From a virus: a DNA stretch of 64,000 nucleotides. Location of the stretch: IMG/VR virus record IMGVR_UViG_3300044684_000361, positions 17,419 through 81,418 of that record; one strand, given 5' to 3'. Of the stretch, positions 36,713 through 46,283 are shown one piece after another. The first letter of the stretch is position 1; each line of letters begins with the position of its first letter. The notes beneath the pieces were generated by a model. The model was given only the letters and a program-made list of their open reading frames with translations. It did not search any database and was not told where the DNA came from. Both the position numbers and the translations under genes were made by a program.

Positions 36713-38339
36713 AGGGATTCGCCGTGGCTGGAGTGGATCTGCGACCCGCATACTTCTCTTGATAGACCGGCATGCGCAGCCAGTTACGAAAGAGCCACAG
36801 GAGCGCCTGAGTGGCAGAGTCCATCAGGTCATCATGGGGAATGGAGTATTCCCCGGCATAGGCGCACATCTGGCCGATCAAGGGCTCGGCCCAGGCGGAG
36901 AAGGTGTTGGCACTACGAGCCTGATCAGCCATGCCCTGGGGAGCACCGCAGGAGGGACAGGTTTCCTCATCTTTGCGGCCGATCTGCCATTGCTGGTGAC
37001 AGCTGCCGCAGGTGCGGATCGCAGTAAGCGGAGCCCAGACGATCTGCTGCACGAACATGGGCGCCACGAGGTTCAACCGCATCAACTTGTCAGCCTTACC
37101 GGGGTTGTAAGGCATGACAGGAACCCCTTCCCGGCGTAATTGCTGGCGCAGGGAGATCCCGGAATTCTTGTCTTCGATCAGGATCAGGTCTGCTTTGCGA
37201 CCCTGGTTGAACATCCGCTTCGGACCAAAGAGCGGGGTGATCTTGGGCACCAAGGCATCAAGCCCATAACGTTTCTCCTTCTCCTTCTTCACCCGCGCCA
37301 CGAGATCAGGGAATCCCAGACGATCCTGCCAGGCATCCAGAAGAAGGATCTGAGGGCGGCCACGCTTCAACTGCTGGATTTCCTGATAGGAGAGATCCCG
37401 CCGCCGATCAAGCGCATCCTGCTCCTCCTTCGGCAGCGGCTCCTTCCAGGCTCCCCAGACAGAGCAGGCGGTGTAGTCGGTCTTGCGTCCTTCCGGGTCC
37501 TTTTTGACATCCACCGCATCCTCGGAGAGGGCGGTATCCAAGGACATCAGCACCACTTCGAAGTCAGGGAGCGGCTCGTTATGGGGCCAGCGCTGCCATT
37601 GGGAGCGCTTGATGACGCCCAGTTCCTCGGCATCCAGCAGCTCACCGGCCAGCTCCTGGCGGCCCAGGCGCGTGCCTTTGAGCACGTTCATCTGCTTGAG
37701 GAAGTTATCCGAGAGGTTGGCTCGGTTCTCTTCCGTGTTGCCGCCGATCTTCTTGATGGTCTTGTCGGCGAAGAAGGTCTTGATCAACTCCTTGGGCTTT
37801 GGAGTGGATGTGATGACGCAGGTGGTGCGCTTGCCGAGGCGGTGGCCAAACTTGGCCTGCTCCCAGGCGGAAACATCATCGATCCAGGCCGCTACCTCAT
37901 CACAGGCGAGAAAATGGCACTGCGGGCCGCGTAGGCGCTCCGATTCCTCGGCGGAGAAGCCGCGCAGAACGGAGTCGTTGTAGAACTGAATGACCGAATC
38001 TGTCTTGTTGTAGTATTTGATCAGACAGGAGGGAACCTGGCGAATGATCCCCGATTCCCCTTCGAAATTGACATACCTGATGTCATTGTGGGTCGGAGCG
38101 ATGATATGGCCGAAGGCCTTGGGATGCTCACATAGCTCCCAGGCGATCCATTGACTCAGGGTGAGGGACTTGCCGAAACCGCGTCCCGCATGGATGAAGA
38201 CCGTGTCATATGTCAATTTGTTGAAATCTATGACCTGCTTGGGCCTCGCCATCTGCAGCCAGCGGGTTCGCCATTCCAACTTAGCGAGATCCCATAAGGA
38301 AAGGGAACCCAGAGTGGCGCGTAGCTCAGCCTCACTCAT
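36702..38339 (-). CDS. terL: terminase large subunit
   Basis: Walker A AGRGFGKS, LRGPQ, Walker B LACDEVAAW, TSTPKP, nuclease SLDTA...IEDK..G..HDDLMDS. Confidence 0.95.
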   Translation of the reverse strand: MSEAELRATLGSLSLWDLAKLEWRTRWLQMARPKQVIDFNKLTYDTVFIHAGRGFGKSLTLSQWIAWELCEHPKAFGHIIAPTHNDIRYVNFEGESGIIRQVPSCLIKYYNKTDSVIQFYNDSVLRGFSAEESERLRGPQCHFLACDEVAAWIDDVSAWEQAKFGHRLGKRTTCVITSTPKPKELIKTFFADKTIKKIGGNTEENRANLSDNFLKQMNVLKGTRLGRQELAGELLDAEELGVIKRSQWQRWPHNEPLPDFEVVLMSLDTALSEDAVDVKKDPEGRKTDYTACSVWGAWKEPLPKEEQDALDRRRDLSYQEIQQLKRGRPQILLLDAWQDRLGFPDLVARVKKEKEKRYGLDALVPKITPLFGPKRMFNQGRKADLILIEDKNSGISLRQQLRREGVPVMPYNPGKADKLMRLNLVAPMFVQQIVWAPLTAIRTCGSCHQQWQIGRKDEETCPSCGAPQGMADQARSANTFSAWAEPLIGQMCAYAGEYSIPHDDLMDSATQALLWLFRNWLRMPVYQEKYAGRRSTPATANPYAY

Positions 38340-38443
38340 GGAAGTGGCATCCCATCATCACTGGCCCGATCCCAGGCCAGGATCTCCTGCCGAAGCTCCT
38401 CCCACAGGATTTCAATGAACCGGTGAAACTCAAGGAAGTTCAT
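38336..38443 (-). CDS. small hypothetical protein (not in ORF track)
   Basis: 35 aa MNFLEFHRF..., ATGA overlaps with TerS and TerL. Confidence 0.45.
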   Translation of the reverse strand: MNFLEFHRFIEILWEELRQEILAWDRASDDGMPLP

Positions 38444-38847
38444 GTAGGAACCGTCTCCTTGAGTTTCTCCGCCAGAATCCGCTCAGTAAGCTGATCAATG
38501 AGCTTCTGTTTCTGCTCCTCGGGGAGATCCTTCTGAGTGGTCTCAACAGCGCGGATGTCACGCCAGCCGCCTCGGGCCCGAAGGACGAAGGAGGCGCACT
38601 GGAAGAACTGGGGATGTTTCTTGTCGATCGCGGCGGCGATCACTTCCGAGCCCACCGCCACCACCATCTCGGAGGTGCCCGTGTCATAGATACGTCGGTA
38701 GTAGCGCTCGAAGTCCTCAAGAGTGATCGAGAGGATGGCGCAGCATTGGGCGGGATCGAGCCCGCAAGCGGCCATTTTTCGGATGTACTTTCTGAACTCG
38801 TCAGTCGGCTCGTGGGGCGGCCGAAGGATGACATCTTGCGAGTTCAT
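38440..38847 (-). CDS. terS: terminase small subunit (HTH type)
   Basis: PHEPTDE.RK....MAACGL, HTH, FVLRARGGW; just upstream of TerL. Confidence 0.75.
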   Translation of the reverse strand: MNSQDVILRPPHEPTDEFRKYIRKMAACGLDPAQCCAILSITLEDFERYYRRIYDTGTSEMVVAVGSEVIAAAIDKKHPQFFQCASFVLRARGGWRDIRAVETTQKDLPEEQKQKLIDQLTERILAEKLKETVPT

Positions 38848-38941
38848 GCCAACGGCTCCCTGGAGCGGGAGCAAAGGGGCATCTGATTGGAACTCGCAAG
38901 GCCCGTGAGGGCGCGATGGGGCCGGAGTCTATACTTGCCCT

Positions 38942-39283
38942 ATGTCGCCAAACAAGATGTGCCCTGACTGCGGGAAGTCGATGAGGCCTGGGCCGCCTCG
39001 GTGTGCAGAGTGTCGGCTGTACCTGAAGTTGTTGCGAAAATCGGCGTGGAAGATCTATCGGGCGATGGGATCACCCGGAGATTGGTACTCGTTCTTTGCC
39101 AGTTATGCTAACCAGAAGATGCCGAACCGGCCGGAGCATCTCAGAATTCGGGGGCGGGCGGGTAAGGGGCGGGTTCGGCCTGCCACTCCTCCAGGGTCTT
39201 CACAGGGGCCGTCTGAACGTAAAACCACTGACGCACCCAGTGGACCCACTCATCCGGAGTCAGATCATTCAAAGGCAGATTGA
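38942..39283 (+). CDS. CxxC hypothetical protein (opposite strand)
   Basis: CPDC...CAEC; 3' half overlaps a minus-strand ORF. Confidence 0.4.
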   Translation: MSPNKMCPDCGKSMRPGPPRCAECRLYLKLLRKSAWKIYRAMGSPGDWYSFFASYANQKMPNRPEHLRIRGRAGKGRVRPATPPGSSQGPSERKTTDAPSGPTHPESDHSKAD

Positions 39284-39425
39284 CCCAGATCATTTTGCCG
39301 GTGTCCTCATCCTGGCGCTGAACCCTGACATAGAGCCCTGCTCCGTATGTCAAACAATATCGGACGAATTCCCATACATCGTAGGTTTCAGGTCTTTGTG
39401 CCATGGGGTTCTCGCAGATGGGCAT
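39141..39425 (-). CDS. hypothetical protein
   Basis: co-directional string. Confidence 0.5.
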   Translation of the reverse strand: MPICENPMAQRPETYDVWEFVRYCLTYGAGLYVRVQRQDEDTGKMIWVNLPLNDLTPDEWVHWVRQWFYVQTAPVKTLEEWQAEPAPYPPAPEF

Positions 39426-39588
39426 AGCACTGCATGACGCAGTTACAGATCGCTTGCTCGGGGCGCCAATCGCTCTTGCTGTAGAGGTGATTCACGATCG
39501 TGATCTCTTCCCCGGCTTTTTCATCTACGCTCGAAACTTCGACGAAATACCCTTCCGGGTAAGTCGTCATCGTCACCTTGATCATCAT
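39388..39588 (-). CDS. hypothetical protein
   Basis: 66 aa, overlaps previous stop. Confidence 0.5.
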   Translation of the reverse strand: MMIKVTMTTYPEGYFVEVSSVDEKAGEEITIVNHLYSKSDWRPEQAICNCVMQCYAHLREPHGTKT

Positions 39589-41264
39589 CAGCCCCGCAGG
39601 AGAATGATCCCGTCTCCGTCTCCCAGTGTAACACCGGCAAAGAGAGCCCCTGAGTTGATAGTCGGTTGCTGGCTACCGGTGAGGAAATGCCACACCCCGG
39701 GGAGCATGGAGGTAGTCACAGTCTGGGAGCCATTGCCCCTCGGATTCACGATCGCAACCCCGCCCGTGAACTGGCGTGACCAGATCCCGAACGTTCCCCC
39801 TGCCCAGGTAGCCGTGCTGGGGCGTGTGGTCAGGGGAAAGCCGAGGTAGCCCCTCGGGACATTCACTTGGGTGAGAGAGTCATCCCCGTACTCGTCATAC
39901 CACCTGAGTGTCGCATAGTCGTACGTGCTGATTGTTCCGGGAGCAAAGTAACCATCGTCCATGAGCGCGGTGCAGAGCCCATAGCGCAGAGTCTGATACT
40001 CCAGGGCGCTGCCGGCCGTGACGTTGGTCGGGGTCCCGTTGACGGGGAAGGAGGAGGGGTGATTGCCATCCGTGGTCGGAAACCGGCATCCCAGGCCTAC
40101 CATCTTGGGCGGCAGGCAGAAATCCATCCCCAGGTAGTAGTTGGCGAGCGTATTGGCCCACCCTGAAGGATCGAGCTTCCCGGTGCTGAAATTACCCGTC
40201 TGGAAAAACTCCCAGGCATTTCCCCCGGCGAACATCGCGCTCTCCAGCAAGCCACCCTGGAGGTTGTCCAGGCCGGAATTGAGGAGGGCCGTCCGGCCAA
40301 ACTGATAAGCGTTGGCGTACTGGCCAAAGTTGCCGAATGCATAGGTGACCGCTCCAGGCTGGTAGAGACCCACCATGATCTGGAACTGGTCGAAGGCGTT
40401 TCGATTACCGCGCGCCATGAGCGGCTGCACGGTGTCGAAGTTGGGGAATCCACCGCCTTGCTGGGCGCCAGGAGCCAGAGTGAGACCATCCAAGGAGGAA
40501 TTTGGAACCGTCCCTGAGCCATCAAGGGCGGCGAAAACGTTATCGAGGAACATTCCTCCACAGGAGGGGGAGGCCATCTGCGGATTGAAGCTGAAGCGAC
40601 TGTCTACCCCGGCAGAGGGTCGAACGACGTATTTGAGCGCAGCATAGTTTCCAAGAGAGCGCGCAGGGCCCTGTGCTCCTGTAGGTGAGCCGGAGGAAGT
40701 CGAACCGTAATTCGACCCACAGATGGATGCCCCCACTCCAGCGTTACCGACTCCGGTAGGCCATGCTGCCGAATAATTGACAAGATTAGTGCCTCCTCCA
40801 GCAGGAGTGATGGTGCCCGTGCCCCCGGTTGATTCATAAAGCCACCAGTTATTGTTTTGGACCAATGTGAAATACTGTTGATACGCCGATCCAGTGGCCA
40901 CCCCGCTCATCATCATCTGGTAGTAGAAGGGCAGACAGCGGCGTGTCTTGGACTTCTGTACCGTATAGCTGGCGTTCTTCAACAGCGCCTGTGTGAGATT
41001 CTCGCGGTCGCGATTCCCGTTGGAATCCCAACCTTCCGTACTGCCATTCAGGATGGCAATGTCGTAAGCCCCGATGGCCTGGATTGCGTTGTAGGCAGCG
41101 GTCCCATTGGCAGCCGTGGTCCAGGCCGGGAATCCAGTCCCAGCGCTTGATCCGTAGCTTTGGTCTCCACCAACGAACACCCCCATGACACGGGGGAAGG
41201 CGAGACCTACTGAAACGACAGTGGTGTAGGCTCTATTTTTTGGCCCGAACCATCTTTGAGTCAT
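39588..41264 (-). CDS. putative glycoside hydrolase (GHL15-like)
   Basis: GMFLDNVF, LRYGLCTALMDDGYF, WYDEY, GYLGFP, GIWSRQFTGGVAIVNP, DGIILLR; start refined to 41264. Confidence 0.65.
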   Translation of the reverse strand: MTQRWFGPKNRAYTTVVSVGLAFPRVMGVFVGGDQSYGSSAGTGFPAWTTAANGTAAYNAIQAIGAYDIAILNGSTEGWDSNGNRDRENLTQALLKNASYTVQKSKTRRCLPFYYQMMMSGVATGSAYQQYFTLVQNNNWWLYESTGGTGTITPAGGGTNLVNYSAAWPTGVGNAGVGASICGSNYGSTSSGSPTGAQGPARSLGNYAALKYVVRPSAGVDSRFSFNPQMASPSCGGMFLDNVFAALDGSGTVPNSSLDGLTLAPGAQQGGGFPNFDTVQPLMARGNRNAFDQFQIMVGLYQPGAVTYAFGNFGQYANAYQFGRTALLNSGLDNLQGGLLESAMFAGGNAWEFFQTGNFSTGKLDPSGWANTLANYYLGMDFCLPPKMVGLGCRFPTTDGNHPSSFPVNGTPTNVTAGSALEYQTLRYGLCTALMDDGYFAPGTISTYDYATLRWYDEYGDDSLTQVNVPRGYLGFPLTTRPSTATWAGGTFGIWSRQFTGGVAIVNPRGNGSQTVTTSMLPGVWHFLTGSQQPTINSGALFAGVTLGDGDGIILLRG

Positions 41265-41565
41265 GCGAGGCACTCCGACTTTGGTCTGCCTCAAGAGTCT
41301 GGATCTTCTTGCGCGCTCCTTCCAGTTGTTCGAGCAGTTGAGCCTTCTCCTCATCGAGGCCCCGGAGCCGCAAGGCCTGGCGACGGATCAAGGCAATGGC
41401 GTCGCGGATCTCATCTGCGAGCCATGCCTCGATTTTGTCGCTGTCCTTCACCCGTCGCGGGTGAGTCTTCACCATATCCCCCACGAGGCGCCTCTCCAGG
41501 CGCTCTGTGATGAGGTTGTAGTCAGCATCCGAGCCCTTTGCAGAGCCAGGAGGGGAGCCAACCAT
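41233..41565 (-). CDS. coiled-coil hypothetical protein
   Basis: 110 aa. Confidence 0.55.
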   Translation of the reverse strand: MVGSPPGSAKGSDADYNLITERLERRLVGDMVKTHPRRVKDSDKIEAWLADEIRDAIALIRRQALRLRGLDEEKAQLLEQLEGARKKIQTLEADQSRSASHDSKMVRAKK

Positions 41566-41583
41566 GCCGGCAGAGCCAGCCGA

Positions 41584-41910
41584 TCAGGCCACTACAACCG
41601 TTGGAGGGTTCGGCTGAACGCTGGCGGTGAATGAGAACTCCGCGCCCCAGGCGGTAGCCCCAAGAGCGGTGACCGCCTGGGCGGCTGCCTCGTAATTACC
41701 CGCCGTGGTGACGCCGAGCGCCGCCAGGGTCACCGCGAGCGGATTCGCCGTGGCCGGGATCGTGGTCATGAAGGGATAGGTCCCGGCCGTGCCCGTTGAG
41801 GGGCGAACGCCCACATTGTAGGAAATGGCGGGAGCAGCCCCTGGAGGACTGTTGGTCGCGGGGACTACGGTGACGGAGGCCGATGCAACATTGACGGTAG
41901 GTGAACTCAC
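41584..41910 (-). CDS. FN3/Ig-like small protein
   Basis: SYNVGVR...GNYEAAAQAV...PNPPTVVVA; GTG start with AGGA. Confidence 0.5.
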   Translation of the reverse strand: MSSPTVNVASASVTVVPATNSPPGAAPAISYNVGVRPSTGTAGTYPFMTTIPATANPLAVTLAALGVTTAGNYEAAAQAVTALGATAWGAEFSFTASVQPNPPTVVVA

Positions 41911-41984
41911 GAGAATGATTCCTGAGTGAGGCGTTGAAAAGTCAGGGCCCACGGCAAACACGGGCCCCGTATGTGCGAATGGGG

Positions 41985-42239
41985 TCAAGAGACAGACTTC
42001 GCAGAAGGAGGGCGTAGATTGACTTCTTCTTCCTGAACATGCTTCAAAGCATCCTTCACGCAGAATTCAAAGAATTCTGCATCATGGATGTTGGTCAACA
42101 TGGATGCGTCCGGCTGTTCAGGCACACCAGGCAGGAGCAGGATGTATGGATAGCCTTTTCCGAAGATATCCTCTACGAGTTTCTGGATCTGCGGAGCCAT
42201 GATATCGGTGGCCCGAGCCAGGGATTTTTCATCCAGCAC
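41985..42239 (-). CDS. hypothetical protein
   Basis: 84 aa, GAGGAG RBS. Confidence 0.55.
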   Translation of the reverse strand: MLDEKSLARATDIMAPQIQKLVEDIFGKGYPYILLLPGVPEQPDASMLTNIHDAEFFEFCVKDALKHVQEEEVNLRPPSAKSVS

Positions 42240-42411
42240 TTTGCTTACTCCTCGCGAATTCAGCCAGGACGCGATTGCGAAAACGAATGGCCTCGGCCTT
42301 GCTCATCGCGGGAGGCAGCTTACCATGGCGTCGATAGTAGTCAGCGGCAAAGAGCGCCATCCTGGCCGCCTGTTTGGCGGCCTTCACTTTTCTACGAATC
42401 CCCTTACGCAT
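42229..42411 (-). CDS. small basic protein
   Basis: MRKGIRRKVKAAKQ..., 3' part of ORF 42229..42603. Confidence 0.45.
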   Translation of the reverse strand: MRKGIRRKVKAAKQAARMALFAADYYRRHGKLPPAMSKAEAIRFRNRVLAEFARSKQSAG

Positions 42412-42718
42412 GAGCCTTGATCCTGCTCGGTGGCACGTAGAAAGGCATGGCGCTCCAGTCCCCCAGAGGCTCCTTCGGTGGCTTCTTCTTGCGCAGAAAG
42501 CACACCGGAATGTAGAGCTTGCCTGCCACCCCGCAATAAGTTCTTTCAATGGGATGAGAGATGCGATGGCACTGTGTGGGACCTGCGGTCCGAAAGCTTT
42601 CAATATTCGTTCCGCCCTTCATCTCAAGGGGACCCATGATGGTCACTTCATCCCCATGAAACCGGGAGCCAGGATTATGCACGATGGCGATCTCGCCCAC
42701 TTCGAAGTTCTCACACAT
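42404..42718 (-). CDS. hypothetical protein (SH3-like)
   Basis: FEVGEIAIV...LRKKKPP. Confidence 0.5.
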   Translation of the reverse strand: MCENFEVGEIAIVHNPGSRFHGDEVTIMGPLEMKGGTNIESFRTAGPTQCHRISHPIERTYCGVAGKLYIPVCFLRKKKPPKEPLGDWSAMPFYVPPSRIKAHA

Positions 42719-43136
42719 ATTCCAACACCTTCTGGCCAGCAACAGCTTTGTTGATATCCGCGATGAGCTTGTCCAACTCATCAGCACGCGGCTTGGGCTT
42801 CTCGTGGCCATGGTACCTTTCCGCGTACTGGCGTAAGGCACGTGCGCAGGCAGCGGCATCATTTTTCCAGTCTGGCTCAAACCCGTGGAGCCGGACATAG
42901 ATCTCATAGGCCGTAAGCCCGAATGCCGTGTAGGCGACACCATCCCACCAATGATATTGGCGAGAGCCAACCTGACGATTCAGAAAATATCCAATCCAGG
43001 CCAATGCACAAGCGGAGCAGAAAGAGTCAGTCGAAGCATCTGACTCAGGGACCGCTCCAGATTCGAAAAAAAAGTCAGCCGGATTGCGCTCGATGTGATC
43101 AGCCGCTTCCGTGATCGCCGTATAGAGATTGGTCAT
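42711..43136 (-). CDS. hypothetical protein
   Basis: MTNLYTAITEAADHIE...CALAWIG. Confidence 0.55.
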   Translation of the reverse strand: MTNLYTAITEAADHIERNPADFFFESGAVPESDASTDSFCSACALAWIGYFLNRQVGSRQYHWWDGVAYTAFGLTAYEIYVRLHGFEPDWKNDAAACARALRQYAERYHGHEKPKPRADELDKLIADINKAVAGQKVLEYV

Positions 43137-43306
43137 GATGCCTCGTCCTCCGCAAAGATGGGATGTTTGCCTAAAGTGGCCCACTTCAGATAGTGGGCAC
43201 GAGTGGAGGGATGGAGCCGCTCCCAAGAAGGGCAATCCGTCCATCCCTTGAACTTCCGATCGTTCTCAAACAGCTTCCTCGCCTTGGTCTCGATGTCCTC
43301 GGTCAT
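43133..43306 (-). CDS. hypothetical protein
   Basis: GGAGG RBS, 57 aa. Confidence 0.5.
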   Translation of the reverse strand: MTEDIETKARKLFENDRKFKGWTDCPSWERLHPSTRAHYLKWATLGKHPIFAEDEAS

Positions 43307-43350
43307 CGCGAGCCTCCCCGTGAAGTTGTTAACCGATAATGTACAGCTAA

Positions 43351-43728
43351 CTAGACACGACGGGGTAGTACTTTCGACCCTGGCCAGGGGCAAGGAAGTC
43401 CCAGACGCGCCTGAAGCTGTTCCCACATCTCCCGCTCCGAGCAGAGCGCCTTGGCGAAGGACTTGCGTCCCCCAGAGATCGAGACACGGTAGCGCTCGGG
43501 GAGGTGGGTGAGCTGATGAGCGTCCCAGTCGCCCTGATGGTGGCCTCGACAGAGGAACATGGTGTGGAAGTGGGAGATTCTACGCCCACCATCGAGAAGG
43601 TGATGGAGTTCAAGATTTTTAACATTCCGAGTTCCTGTGGCCGCCAGGCACGCACAACATCCCATGGGGCGCATCATGTCAATGCGCGCCTGTTCCTCCT
43701 CGGTGGGAGGAGGTAGAGCAGTCTTCAT
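43351..43728 (-). CDS. Ref-like HNH nuclease (recombination enhancement family)
   Basis: GCCAC...ELHHL..G.RISHFHT..LCRGHHQG. Confidence 0.7.
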   Translation of the reverse strand: MKTALPPPTEEEQARIDMMRPMGCCACLAATGTRNVKNLELHHLLDGGRRISHFHTMFLCRGHHQGDWDAHQLTHLPERYRVSISGGRKSFAKALCSEREMWEQLQARLGLPCPWPGSKVLPRRV

Positions 43729-43851
43729 GGGGAAGGCAGTGTAGCGCGAAGAGGAGAGCCCCGGTGCCAGCAACCCTGCCGGGGGCAGGTTTAGGAGGAG
43801 CACTGTGTGGGACAGATGCTCGCCCGCTGTGGCTGCGGGACTTCGGAAAGT

Positions 43852-44031
43852 CTAGTGGAAACCTACGATCTGTTTGCGGCTTTCGATCAGATTATTGGCA
43901 GCCTTCAGCGCTTCGCGCATGAGGCCGATGGCCTCTTCCTTGCGCTCCTTGGAGATTTTCTCGGTCAGGAGCGAGAGCGCCAATTCCAGCGTGGTCTTGT
44001 GATCGGCCAGCAGCTCATCGAGGGTCATCAT
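43852..44031 (-). CDS. hypothetical protein
   Basis: helical, ends KQIVGFH. Confidence 0.45.
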   Translation of the reverse strand: MMTLDELLADHKTTLELALSLLTEKISKERKEEAIGLMREALKAANNLIESRKQIVGFH

Positions 44032-44112
44032 GACTTTCTTTTCAGATTCGGGACGATGTGGACTTCGAGCTGTGGAACGGGATGCCGACATCTTTCGCAT
44101 ATCACGCTTCCA

Positions 44113-44331
44113 TCACTGCGCAGAGCAAAGGTGTGATTCTGACAGCTGCAGGTGGCGCAGCCGCACACCCAGATCGTCTGTCCGGGGTGAGCCGGTACTT
44201 TCCGCAGCTCCGGTCGTGGCCCGCCAATCATCCTCGTACTCGTGACAAAAGCCACAGTAACGATACCGGATATCGTTTGGGTTGTAACTGCTACGCTGGC
44301 AGCGCGGACACGTGTACGATGGAGGGCTCAA
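44113..44331 (-). CDS. small zinc-ribbon protein
   Basis: YTCPRCQRSSYNPNDIRYRYCGFCH. Confidence 0.55.
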   Translation of the reverse strand: MSPPSYTCPRCQRSSYNPNDIRYRYCGFCHEYEDDWRATTGAAESTGSPRTDDLGVRLRHLQLSESHLCSAQ

Positions 44332-44618
44332 GTGGGGATATCCTCCCAGCCCGTCACCTCCAGCTCCACGTGCTTATTGGCTTCTTCGAGGGAGTAGCGC
44401 ATGGCCTCTTGAATGAGGGCTTTGTAACGCTGGAACAGCTCCGGGCGCTCATGCATGGGACGCGCTATGATCCGGGCGATCTCGTAACTATCCACCTTCT
44501 TACCCTCATCGCCGATCAGAACGAAGCGGGTCACCAGCTCGCTGCCTTCCGAGCTGAACACAATACGCATATCGGCCTGAGTGCCTATGGGCTTCGTACT
44601 CTCTTCAATCATTGCCAT
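44328..44618 (-). CDS. hypothetical protein
   Basis: 96 aa, AAGGAG RBS. Confidence 0.55.
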   Translation of the reverse strand: MAMIEESTKPIGTQADMRIVFSSEGSELVTRFVLIGDEGKKVDSYEIARIIARPMHERPELFQRYKALIQEAMRYSLEEANKHVELEVTGWEDIPT

Positions 44619-44941
44619 GACTCCTTCGGCTCCAGGCCCACTCCATCCCGATAGATTTCGCGTTGCTCACGGGAGATGTCAGCCGGGTCCTCACCCGCAT
44701 CGATGCGGCGACGGATTTCGGCCTGGATACGATGGGCATCCTGCTCCAGATCTTTGGCCATCGCGCGCAGCACCTGGGGAAGCCATAGGGCATGGGAAGC
44801 CTTGCCATCCATGGCTGCCTGGGAGCCATACTTGCCATCCATGACGATGCATAGCACGCCTTTGGCCTCGCACTTGGCCCGAAACTCCTCCACAAGGCCT
44901 CTATAAAAGGCTGTGGCCTCTTCTTCTGTTTTCAACATCAT
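44609..44941 (-). CDS. hypothetical protein
   Basis: AAGGAG RBS before MMLKTEE. Confidence 0.55.
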   Translation of the reverse strand: MMLKTEEEATAFYRGLVEEFRAKCEAKGVLCIVMDGKYGSQAAMDGKASHALWLPQVLRAMAKDLEQDAHRIQAEIRRRIDAGEDPADISREQREIYRDGVGLEPKESWQ

Positions 44942-45510
44942 GGGCTCCTTTGGAACATCCAAGGCTCGGTGCGGAAGGTGGGAACTACCTTGCCATTCTC
45001 CCATGGCTCCAGCATCAGGCTCGTACTTTGGAGCTGTGGCCCTTCAAAGAAAAGGACCTGAGCGCCCCGCTCGAACTTGATGCTGTGGATCTGCTCATGG
45101 GTCATGGAGTAAGTATCACCCGCCTTCCAGTTGTCCGTGGTGGGATACCAGAAAGTGGGCGCGTCATCACGGGAATGGACGTAGTCCAAGAGGCCGTTTT
45201 TGCCACACACCTGATTGATGGTGGAGATACACCAGGGCTCACAGAAGTCGCTTCCTCGGCGGAAGATCGTATTGTGTACCTGGCCTTTCAGAACAAGGCA
45301 GGTGAAGTCGAATCGGTGGCTGTGAGGCGTGATGAATTCCATGGTGGTACGTTCGGCGGAAAAGAGACGGACCTTGCCGAACTCCCCACCACCTACAAGA
45401 TGACTCGTCAGCCCGGGAGCGATGTAGTTGCCCAGACGGTTGTGCTTCATGGGCTGGATCGCGGCCAGGATGGCGTCCAGATCCGGGTTCTTGATATCAC
45501 GATCATTCAT
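44938..45510 (-). CDS. cupin-fold protein
   Basis: PHSHRFDF.CLVLKG.VHN ... HEQIHSI. Confidence 0.6.
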   Translation of the reverse strand: MNDRDIKNPDLDAILAAIQPMKHNRLGNYIAPGLTSHLVGGGEFGKVRLFSAERTTMEFITPHSHRFDFTCLVLKGQVHNTIFRRGSDFCEPWCISTINQVCGKNGLLDYVHSRDDAPTFWYPTTDNWKAGDTYSMTHEQIHSIKFERGAQVLFFEGPQLQSTSLMLEPWENGKVVPTFRTEPWMFQRSP

Positions 45511-45715
45511 ATGGAGTTCTCTTGACGCCTTCCTCCACAAACTCAATGGGCCCTCCTGTCAGCTGCCCCTTATCAATCACAGCCTTGAACGCTTTCCACT
45601 CCTCATTACGAAAGACCAGAGTCCCACAGTTCCCCAGGGACAGGGTGCCTTTACCTGCAAAGAGACGTACATGAGTATGGCCACCCAGGGTCTCGTAACG
45701 GAAACGGAACAACAT
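45503..45715 (-). CDS. hypothetical protein
   Basis: 70 aa, GGAG RBS. Confidence 0.55.
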   Translation of the reverse strand: MLFRFRYETLGGHTHVRLFAGKGTLSLGNCGTLVFRNEEWKAFKAVIDKGQLTGGPIEFVEEGVKRTPYE

Positions 45716-46101
45716 TATTGACTCCCTGACTGTGGTACTTCGGGCATTGGCTCGAACCCCATCGCCTTGTCACGGCTGTCGATCGCGGCACGGAGCGCTT
45801 GGTTCTCGGTCCTCAGCCGCTCCACCTCGTTCGCCTCTGCGCTCGCGGCAGCCATTAGACGCTCGATGTCATGCTTGGCGTTCTGCAGCTCCTGCTGGTA
45901 GTTCGCCAGCCCTTCCTCGGCCAGGGAGAGCTCGCGGCGGAGATGGTGGCACTCATCGAAGAGGGCGCATGCATTGCGCCCTTGCTCATCTCGCTCAGCC
46001 TTCCACTGGCGGGAGCCGAGTGTGTATCCTCGCCACGCGCTGTAGTAGATCAGCCCAACCACTGAGAGCCCCAGCAGTGAACTCAGGGCGATCGCGCTCA
46101 T
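45715..46101 (-). CDS. membrane-anchored coiled-coil protein
   Basis: hydrophobic N-terminus then coiled coil. Confidence 0.55.
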   Translation of the reverse strand: MSAIALSSLLGLSVVGLIYYSAWRGYTLGSRQWKAERDEQGRNACALFDECHHLRRELSLAEEGLANYQQELQNAKHDIERLMAAASAEANEVERLRTENQALRAAIDSRDKAMGFEPMPEVPQSGSQ

Positions 46102-46283
46102 GGCTTCTCCTGCTGGCCCGTCGTGGGGACAGAAAGTCGCGTATGTTCGGCGGCCAACGCTGCGCACAGAGTAGGGCATTCCCGCACAGCGGTATTGAAA
46201 TACCACGCCAAGTCCTTTTCGTCGTCGTACCAGTATTCGACGAACAGCTTCACCAGCTTGTCGCGTTCCTCTAGAGGCGTCAT
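46098..46283 (-). CDS. hypothetical protein
   Basis: ATGA-coupled string. Confidence 0.5.
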   Translation of the reverse strand: MTPLEERDKLVKLFVEYWYDDEKDLAWYFNTAVRECPTLCAALAAEHTRLSVPTTGQQEKP

